Assembly (NCBI GenBank): GCA_951406725.2
Contig: OX597818.1
Coordinates: 52,638,001 to 52,702,000, forward strand
Length of the DNA: 64,000 nucleotides
Origin: Octopus vulgaris
Taxonomy: Eukaryota
Direction of reading: 5' to 3'
The notes under the pieces are model-generated. The model worked only from the letters and a program-made list of their open reading frames with translations, had not been told where the DNA came from and did not search any database. Position numbers and translations under genes: made by a program. This document shows positions 54,532-64,000 of this stretch, in pieces (the first letter of the stretch is position 1; each line of letters begins with the position of its first letter).

Positions 54532-54829
54532 CAGTGGCGGTGGACCAGGTTGCCAGCTTGCCCGATGGCAAGTGGGCCCCTGCGCCGTTAGAATCCATAT
54601 ATGGCGGTCCATGTTAGTATCTAAGTGTCCCATCCCCTCAAGTTTAAGAATTTTTTATTTCACTCCTGGAAGAAGGCATTAATTATTTCAGCCTGGCTGT
54701 GTTTGTAGACAGTTGAAAAGAATAATTTTAACAAAAAATAAATAAATAAATAAATAAATGATAACATTGTAGTTGCAGGTGGGTACCCTTAGTCTCCTGG
54801 CAACCAGTATTTTTAGACGCAGTCCGCCA

Positions 54830-54832
<3 letters not shown>
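54532..54832. mobile_element. hAT-like MITE
   Basis: TIR CAGTGGCGG/CCGCCACTG; flanks TACATATA/TATATATA. Confidence 0.65.
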
Positions 54833-54884
<52 letters not shown>

Positions 54885-55563
54885 TTCAGCAAAATTTAGA
54901 TACAAATGAATATGGTACTTAAGTCAGATGCACCAGAATTTTGTATGGTATTATCCATATAAATCCACGGGGGTGATTATAATCAAAATAAGTATATGTA
55001 TTATCCCTTCGATGGAAGACTTCTATAAATGGCTGAAGATTGCTCAACATTTTAAAACTGATGTAATACTTACAATGTTTAATAAAATGATGTAGCATGA
55101 AACGATCGTACCAAATTACCAAAGATAAACTTGTTGCAAATTTTGATTATATATATATTTATATATACACGAAAGACTTCTTCTAGTTTCCGTCTACCAA
55201 ATCAACTCACAAAGCTTTGGTCGGTCCGATGCAATAGTAGACAGTTGCCCTAGGTATCACGCAGTGGGACTGAACGCGGAACCATGTGGTTGGGAAGCAA
55301 GCTTCTTAACACACAGCCAGGCCTGCGCCTGCTCCTGCGCTTGCGTAGTAAACGATAGATAAAAACATATGAAGAAATGAATGGAAGGAAAAATGTAATT
55401 AACTCTTTAATGAATGAATTTTCTATTCATTTTCTGCAAGCAGAGACTTACTTTTGCCATAAATGTTGTTATGAGCAATTTAAGAAGACATTAAATGACT
55501 TTTAAATATTTTTTATTTATTAAGAAAATAGAAAAATAGAAAATACAATGAAAAACATTGTAC

Positions 55564-55765
55564 CTTTACAAGATTGTTGACAAGACCAATTACCGTCTGC
55601 CATATTTCTCGGCAATAAAAAGAATGAGTTACCATGTTTAAAACTCATGTAATTCAAAATCTCGCAGAACTTTTCACAGTAATTTCATTGTAACGTTAAT
55701 ACCAGTTCGAATAAGCTCAAAGCACGTTAGAACCTGTTTTGTCATGAAGATAATTTCTCGGTGTA
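55564..55765 (-). pseudogene. Decayed ionotropic glutamate receptor-like S1 ligand-binding segment
   Basis: With frameshifts: TG.N..FE.YS, LL.K, EKYG, DGNW, GLVNNLVK then donor AAG/gtacaa; compare DGKYG...G.W.GMVGELV. Confidence 0.55.
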
Positions 55766-55934
55766 AGGCATATGGCGCAGGCGTGGTAAGTAGCTTGCTT
55801 ACCAACCACATGGTACCGGGTTCAGTCCTACTGCGTGGCACCTTGGGCAAGTGATTTCTAATATGACTTCGGGGGGACCAAAGCCTTGTGAGTGGATTTG
55901 GTAGACGGAAATTGGAAGAAACCCGTCGTGTATA

Positions 55935-56056
<122 letters not shown>

Positions 56057-56289
56057 CGTGTGTGTCTGTGTTTGTCCTCCCAACATCGCTTGACAACCGA
56101 TGCTGTTGCGTTTATGTCCCCGTAACTTAGCGGTTCAGCAAAAGAGACCGATAGTATAAGTACTAGGCTTACAAAGAATAAGTCTTGGGGTCGATTTGCT
56201 CGACTAAAAGGCGGTGCTCCAGCATGGCCGCATGGCTGTAACGAGTAAAAGAATAAAAGAATACGGAGTAAATATATTATTATCAATTG

Positions 56290-57200
56290 AAGAAATAATT
56301 TGAGAAACATTCTGTGAGACGGAGAATCAAACTAAAATTTTTTTAGTGCTAATTATCTTGTTACATTTATTGCCTTTAGTAAAGTGCTTTGTATAATGAT
56401 TTAACTAAGTTATTTTTAAACATTTTTACGAGTGCTATTATTAATATTGTTTTTTATTAGAATTTTTATTATATTTATTTATCTGTGAGTTAATTATATT
56501 TACGTATGGGGTATATCGTTTCCTTTTGTTTTTATGAATTTTATTACCAATGTCTTGGATATAAACTATATTATTTATATTAACCTCATCCAATTGTTTT
56601 ATTTAAGTATACAATATTATTACGATTATCATTGTTGTTCTAAAATCTAGTTTTAGATCTTTTGATTTTATGATTCTTATTCTTAAGATTTATTTATTCC
56701 TTATTACAACCGTTCTTGCTGCATAAGTTTTGTTCACTAATTTTAGCACGTAAAATTCCGTTGTTATATTAATAACCTGCTGAGTTTTAATTTCAATTCT
56801 TTTATTTCTGTTTATTTATTTCTATTTCAGTTTTACTGTTGTAGATATTATTTAGTGTATATTTACTATCATCATAATGTCCATTCTTCAAAGAGCATTT
56901 AAACATTCAGCTGTATTCTGTTTTATCTAAATTTTTCCTATTACTTCAGTTTTCTTTCTGTACTTAACCATAACCTTATCACTGTACTTAACCATAACCT
57001 CATCACTGGTTATCATCTAAGAAGTTGACAGAATTATGCACGTTTGCGATAGTTATGGATAATCCTATGTTTCTAAAGAATTTATAAAAGATTTTCTTAT
57101 ACAATTCTAATTTTCTATTTTTATAGATAGGCAATATAGTAATATATGTTCTTGAATATAGACCTATATTAGTCTAATAATAAAAATAACCGTAACAAAT
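56290..57200 (-). mobile_element. Decayed Penelope-like RT/thumb region
   Basis: KFFRNIGLSITIANVHNSVNFLD, NAL..NG, KHFTKGNKCNKII resemble PLE motifs GL.IT...V.FLD, AL..SG, KHFP..N...KI. Confidence 0.7.
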
Positions 57201-57220
57201 TTTTATGACGTGGAACGCGA

Positions 57221-57286
<66 letters not shown>

Positions 57287-57287
<1 letters not shown>

Positions 57288-57693
57288 ATAACAGTAGGAA
57301 GGCTTCTAAGTCATGGAACAGCAAAAAAAAAAGAAAAAAGTAAAAAAACGAAAAGAAAAGACAGTTCAGAGAGCAAATAGCTACATTACTAGAACAGATC
57401 AAAAATTTATAATTAAGGATTAAGGGATTAAGAATTCAGGATAAAGTCCTGTCATTAGAGGAAGTCCATTCAACGAATTACATGCATGAGTTAACTTTTG
57501 AGCGTTTTACCTTACCGAAAATGTATTCCAGAAACGGCTGTGGAATAGACTTCCTCTAATAACGGCAATTTATTCTTTATTCTTAATCCTTTATTGTAAA
57601 GTTTTATCTTTTCCAGTAATGTAGTTGCTTGCGCTCTGAACTGTCTCACCTTTCTTTGCTGTTCCATGACTTGGACGCCTCCCTTCTGTTATC
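57287..57693. repeat. Diverged fold-back between two (TA)n tracts
   Basis: AAGTCATGGAACAGCAAA / TTTGCTGTTCCATGACTT; ATTAGAGGAAGTC / GACTTCCTCTAAT. Confidence 0.85.
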
Positions 57694-57700
57694 TTATATA

Positions 57701-57756
<56 letters not shown>

Positions 57757-57951
57757 CACTAGTTTCAGTCATTTGACTGCGGCCATGCTGAAGCACCGCC
57801 TTTAGTCGAGCAAATCGACCCCGGGACTTATTCTTTGTAAGCCCAGTACTTATTCCATCGGTCTCTTTTGCCGAACCGCTAAGTGACGGGGACGTAAACA
57901 CACCAGCATCGGTTGTCAATTGATATTGGGGTGACAAACACAGACACACAA

Positions 57952-58053
<102 letters not shown>

Positions 58054-58380
58054 ACATATACGACAGGCTTCTTTCAGTTTCCGTCTACCAAATCCACTCA
58101 CAAGGCATTGGTCGGCCCGAGGCTATAGCAGAAGACACTTGCCCAAGGTGCCACGCAGTGGGACTGAACCCGGAACCATGTGGTTGGTTAGCAATCTACT
58201 TACCACACAGCCACTGTTGAATTTTTTTCTATAGTTTTATCATTTCATTTTCAATCTCTATTTCTCTTAATGCGTTCTCTTTCGTTTGCCCTCACCATAT
58301 TTACACCTCGCATATTTTTACATTCTTTTAACTTATATTTTTATTTATATATTTATGTTATGCTTTTATATACAGATTTG

Positions 58381-58788
58381 GGATCTTTTCGCTTTGACCG
58401 GCAGATTTTTAAAATAATTTTTTTGTAACTAAACACTTTTAAACTTCGTATACTGGCAGAATGTATTTACGAGTGACCCCTCAGTTTATGGCCACAGGGT
58501 ATCTTTTTTCTCATAAATAGCAGTGACAAATTCATATGACACCGCAAATAATTGTTGTTGACAAAGATTCGGAGAGATTGTATTCACCTCAATAGACGTC
58601 ATTGATTGGTTGAAATTGCCGAAATGCAAGAAATTAAACAACAAATATCTTACAAACTACAGAATTTTCTCAAGAAAGCCAAGAAAAAAAGATGTTTTAT
58701 AAACACATTCTACCAGTATACGAAGTTTAAAAGTGTTTAGTTACAAAGAAATTATTTTAAAAATCTGTCAGTCAAAGCGAAAAGATCC
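58381..58788. mobile_element. Merlin-like MITE copy 3
   Basis: GGATCTTTTCGCTTTGAC / GTCAAAGCGAAAAGATCC; perfect 8-bp TSD CAGATTTG. Confidence 0.88.
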
Positions 58789-58949
58789 CAGATTTGCATT
58801 GATCTGTATTAATATGTATTAATGCATAAGTATTTAAAAAATTAGAACTTTATGTCTGTGTTTTCCGTTTGGGAATTTTCTGATTGACCTAAACTTTTTT
58901 TTAGTTTACCTCTTTAAGTCTATATACATATATATAACACGTATTGCTG

Positions 58950-59284
58950 AGAACCCTTGGGTCATGACTGACCATAGGATTGCACCTAGAAAGTTGCCCT
59001 CCCAGGTACAAGTCAGAGCAAGGGTGTTTATGGAAGACCAGCAGTCGCCCATGCATGCCGGCCTCCCCTCTCCATGCCACCAATGTTATCCAAGGGAAAG
59101 GCAAAGGGGCCGATACAGATTGGCACCAGTGACGTCGCAACTCATTTCTACAGCTGGGTGAACTGGAGCAACGTGAAATAAAGTGTCTTGCTCAAGAACA
59201 CAACACGCAGCCCGGTCCTGGATTCGAACTTACAACCTCACGATCGTAAGCTCGACGCTCTAACCACTGAGCCATGCGCCTTCA
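58950..59284 (-). mobile_element. SINE family D
   Basis: Homologous to 53808-54135. Confidence 0.85.
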
Positions 59285-59332
59285 CAAACACACACACAAT
59301 TATATATCTGTGTTTGTGTGTCTGTGTGTATG

Positions 59333-59364
<32 letters not shown>

Positions 59365-59806
59365 TGTATGTATGTATGTATGTATGTATGTATGTATGTG
59401 TGTATGTATGTGAGGGATTTACATCGGTTTCCGTTTAACAAATTCCTTCACAGAGCATTGTTTGGTCCAGGACTATAGTAGAAGACACTTGTCGAAGATG
59501 TCACGCACCGTGTAGAACTGGACCCGGAGCCATGTGGTTGGAAAGCGAACCTCTTACCACACAGCTACGCTTGCATATATACTCTTTACTTTTTTACTCT
59601 TTTACTTGTTTCAGTAATTTGACTGTGGCCATGCTGGAGCACCGCCTTTAGTCGAGCAAATCGATCCCAGGACTTATTCTTTGTAAGCCTAGTTACGTAT
59701 TCTATCGGTCTCTTTTGCCGAACCGCTAAGGTACGGGGAGTAAACACACCAGCATCGGTTGTCAAGCGATATTGGGGTGACAAACACAGACACAGAAATA
59801 TACACT

Positions 59807-59870
<64 letters not shown>

Positions 59871-61139
59871 CGACGGACCTCTTTCAGTTTCCGTCAACCA
59901 AATCCACTCACAAGGCTTTGGTCAGACCGAGGCTATAGTAGAAGATACTTGCCCAAGGTGCCACGCAGTGGGACTGAACCCGGAACCATGTGATTGGTAC
60001 GCCTATACAGGATTTACTTCATATATGCAAACTATTGGTCGGTTGCTGCTGTCTTCTTTCTTTGATGTTCAAAATATAATTGGAATTACTACAACGATTT
60101 CCTCATTTTTTTCTATCGGTCTCTTTTGCCGAACCGCTAAGTTACGGGGACATAAACACACCAGCATCGCTTGTCAACCGATGTTGGGAGGACAAACACA
60201 GACACACAAACATATACACACACACACACGCGCGCACACACATACACACATACACACACACACATATATATATACATATATTCGACAGGCTTCTTTCAGT
60301 TTCCAACTACCAAATCCACTCACAAGGCTTTAGTCGGCCCGAGGCTATAGTAGAAGACACTTGCCCATGGTGCCACGCAGTGGGACTGAACCTGGAACCA
60401 TGTGGCTGGTGAGCAAGCTAATTATCACACAGCCACTCCTGAATATTTATTATCATTTATTTAATGAATTTAAACTTCTTTGTGAAGCTGGGCAAGCCAA
60501 AGAATAAAGTAATAAGTGCAAAAACTAGGAAAAAGAAAACGCACGAATGAACAGTTAAACGTTTCTGTCATTAAATCATTTTGTAGACTTCTTGAACGGG
60601 AAGAAGCTTGTTCATAGTATGCAGATAACCTCTAGCCTTGTGCGGTATATATATCCGTTCTTCCCAACCTTCTATCCCACTTTCGCCTCGTTTTCACCGT
60701 CCACTTCGGCATAATCACACTTCTGACCCGTGACCTCATCATCTAGTCTATCTCGCCCGGATGTCCTTTTTTCACTGTCAGTTTATTCCCTTGGTAACCC
60801 GGCTTTACATACTTCATATCCTTCTCCTCCCACATCTAATTCTTTTACTCTGCCCTCTTTCAATTTACCTCCCTCATAAACTCTTTTCATTTCCTTGTTT
60901 TTTCTTCACTATTATTTGCGTCTATATTCCCCGTGGACCCTTTTTTTTATCTCCCTCTCCCACTCTCTAACTCTAATTTAATTGCTCACTCTTACTTCCG
61001 CCTCATATGATGGTTTATAATTTCTTCGTAATCGATCTCTTCATACTCCTCTCTTCTCTATTCTTTCGTGCTTTTCGTTATATTTTAATACCCTCTTCAA
61101 ACGGCCTTCTTTTCATATAATGATGTGATAATAATAATG

Positions 61140-61153
61140 ATATATACATACAA

Positions 61154-61245
<92 letters not shown>

Positions 61246-61396
61246 ATATATATGTATATATGTATATATATATATATGTATATATGTATATATATATGTA
61301 TATATGTATGTATATATGTATATATATATATATGTATATATGTATGTATATGTATGTATATATGTATATATATATATATATGTATATATGTATATA

Positions 61397-61467
<71 letters not shown>

Positions 61468-61478
61468 TTATTTATATT
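61140..61478. repeat. Long (TA)n / TATG-interrupted microsatellite
   Basis: Directly visible. Confidence 0.97.
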
Positions 61479-61943
61479 AAGGGCATTACTATACATAAAT
61501 GCCTCACGCTAGGAGGGACTCTTTAAGTCAAAACTACCATAATAAACAAATTGTACCGAATGCAAAGAATGCCACTATCGAAGCGAGCCTTTTAAAAACA
61601 GATTCAGCTGCATATCATATGATTTCATAATTAGTGCACAAATGTACTTTTTAATCGTCAGTGCTAGCATAATCAAGACATAAAAATGAACAAAAAAATC
61701 AACATACCAGACGAACACCAAATGCATCCAGCATAGAACATAAAATTGTTCACACTTATATATCTAAGTAAAAGGCGGGCTTTTCGAACTGCACTTCGGT
61801 ACACGTGAATATTCAGAATAATTCAGCACTGAATATATTCCAGTTAAATTTACAATTTAAAATAGGATAAAATCTTTATAAGAAATTATCAAGTAGTTAG
61901 CGTGAAAAACCTCATAAGAGAAAAATTTATTAATTATTCCCTT

Positions 61944-62009
<66 letters not shown>

Positions 62010-62178
62010 AATTGAGATAGAGGTTGTAAATGCAACCCTCCATGGGATAACATATATCCAATATACTGCTAGTGAAGTACCCAACAAAGTTAATACATAA
62101 ATGTTAATGATTGCGATGTAATCAATTCATTTACTGTATTATATGGGCAAAGGTAAAATGATTTACCACAAATTACTA

Positions 62179-62621
62179 ATACAAGATAAGAAAATGGAGA
62201 AATACATCAAAATCAAATATCAATTACCAGATAATACTCAATCACATACTTTATTAAACCATCACATAAGAGACTGTAGGGTTAGATATAAAAAGCAGAA
62301 CAAATCAGTGTACATCAAGGTATGTTCATAAAAAAGTGTACATAAACGAGTAATGTTGTATAATAATTAGAATATATATAAAAGAGAATATAAATATAAG
62401 CAAATATAAATATATATTCTCTTTTATATATATTCTACTTATTATACAACATTACTTTTTTATGTACACTTTTTTATGCACATTCCTTTATGTACACTGA
62501 TTTGTTCTGCTTTTTATATCTATCCCTACAGTCTCTTATGTGGTGGTTTAATAAAGTATGTGATTGAGTATTATCTGGTAATTGATATTTGATTTAGATG
62601 TATTTCTCCATTTTCTTATCT

Positions 62622-62626
<5 letters not shown>
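62179..62626. repeat. ~210-bp-arm fold-back within a (TA)n-bounded element (62008-62626)
   Basis: 62179-62391 reverse-complements 62412-62626 with scattered mismatches. Confidence 0.92.
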
Positions 62627-62677
<51 letters not shown>

Positions 62678-63307
62678 GATGGTAATGGAGTGATAGTAAA
62701 ATATGAGCTGTTGTTGTGATAGAGGCGGAGGCGGCGGTGATGATGGTGGCGGTGGTGTTGGTGTTAGCCGAATCGGTCAGGGATGACAGTGAGAGTAAGT
62801 AATGTGAAAGGCAGTCGTGAAGGAGAAGGTGGCGAGGTCAAAGGTATAAAAGTAGTGACGTTAGAAGTTTGAATGGTGTGTGCATGGCAGATGTGGTGGC
62901 GATGGGGGTAGTACAGTTGTTTATCATACAGCTGTGCAATAAGTTCCAAATTCACAAATTATATCATTGTTTTGATGAAAATTGTTCATTGCTTGAAAAA
63001 TATTGTTCAAGTTTAATAATGCATGAAGTGTCATTGTTGGGGTCCAAGACCTAATGAAGAGCCCTCCACAGAAACTAGCTTTAAAACCACTCTAGCGATT
63101 TTTCAGCTAGTAATATATATATATATATATATATAATACAGTGTACATTTAAACACATTAAGATGTATCCGTCATAGGACTCCCTTACGCTAGAAGGAAC
63201 AGCTAAAGTCCAAACCACTAATTAGGGACATACGCTAGGCCACTGGTAGTAAAAATTTCTAAAGTCTTTATTACTCTGATATTATTAATTATATATATAT
63301 ATTTGCG

Positions 63308-63339
<32 letters not shown>

Positions 63340-63494
63340 TATGTATGTATGTATATGTATCTGTGTGTGTTTGTGTACAGGCTGCAAGGAGCATTTCAGG
63401 ACACTTAATTATCATTATGTTGCTCTTTTCAAAATGATGAAAAGTTTTGTATTTTTTTCAGATCCCCCATAACAGATTAAATTCTGACATAAGA

Positions 63495-63670
63495 AATGAA
63501 AATGCATGGTTTTTGTCATCTTTGCCATATGTGCAGAATACGAACGATTTAGAAATTGCAGACTTTCTAAATCCTGCAAAAACCTGTGTACACAGAGTTC
63601 GGATGGAATTAGAAACCTTTAGCGGAAATATCTTCACTGTGTCAAAGAGTTTTAAAAAAATTCTCAACGT
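63495..63670 (+). mobile_element. Tc1/mariner-type transposase N-terminal HTH remnant
   Basis: NDLEIADFLNPAKTCVHRVRMELE. Confidence 0.5.
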
Positions 63671-63680
63671 TCGGGCACTA

Positions 63681-63930
63681 GTGGAGGCGCAATGGCCCAG
63701 TGGTTAGGGCAACGGACTCGCGGTTTCGATTCCCAGACCGGGCGTTGTGTGTGTTTATTGAGCGAAAACACCTAAGAGCTCCACGAGGCTCCGGCAGTGG
63801 GTGGTGGCGACCCCTGTTGTACTCTTTCGCCACAACTTTCTCTCACTCTCTCTTCCTGTTTCTTGAGTAACCCTGCTATGGACTGGCGTCCCGTCCAGCT
63901 TGGGGGAACACATACACCACAGGAGCCTGG
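63681..63930 (+). mobile_element. SINE family C
   Basis: GTGGAGGCGCAATGGCCCAGTGG A box, GGTTTCGATTCC B box. Confidence 0.9.
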
Positions 63931-64000
63931 TTAGTCTTGAAAAGGGCAAAAGAATGAAGGAAAGTTCGGGCACTATAACAGCACTACATTTCATCCAACA

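Noticed and set aside
62674-62910. GC-rich GGT/GAT stretch as a coding exon or CpG island
   Set aside because: Degenerate trinucleotide low-complexity sequence.

Overview
AT-rich eukaryotic DNA packed with microsatellites ((TA)n, (TAA)n, (TATG)n, (CTAT)n, (CA)n) and interspersed repeats. The repeat spectrum is what I recall for a coleoid cephalopod (Octopus-like); this is inference, not a search result. No intact protein-coding gene is visible, and nearly all ORFs in the track are microsatellite or SINE artefacts. Identifiable content: four tRNA-derived SINE families; LINE remnants (CR1-like, RTE, Tx1-like, Hero-like, and an R4/Dong-like element sitting in (TAA)n); DNA-transposon remnants and MITEs (mariner, Tc1, pogo, hAT, Merlin-like); Helitron pieces; and Penelope-like (PLE) RT and GIY-YIG remnants. 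Most notable: (1) a dispersed set of short non-coding elements lodged in (TA)n/(TAA)n that carry type I hammerhead ribozyme motifs, two with an intact core, and form fold-back or pseudo-LTR structures, one of them with a tRNA-like Pol III head; (2) a decayed ionotropic glutamate receptor-like gene scattered between SINEs on the minus strand at about 50-60 kb; (3) a phase-consistent three-exon candidate small Cys-rich peptide (pseudo)gene at 36.6-37.1 kb. Family assignments come from motif recognition by eye; coordinates of degraded elements are approximate.
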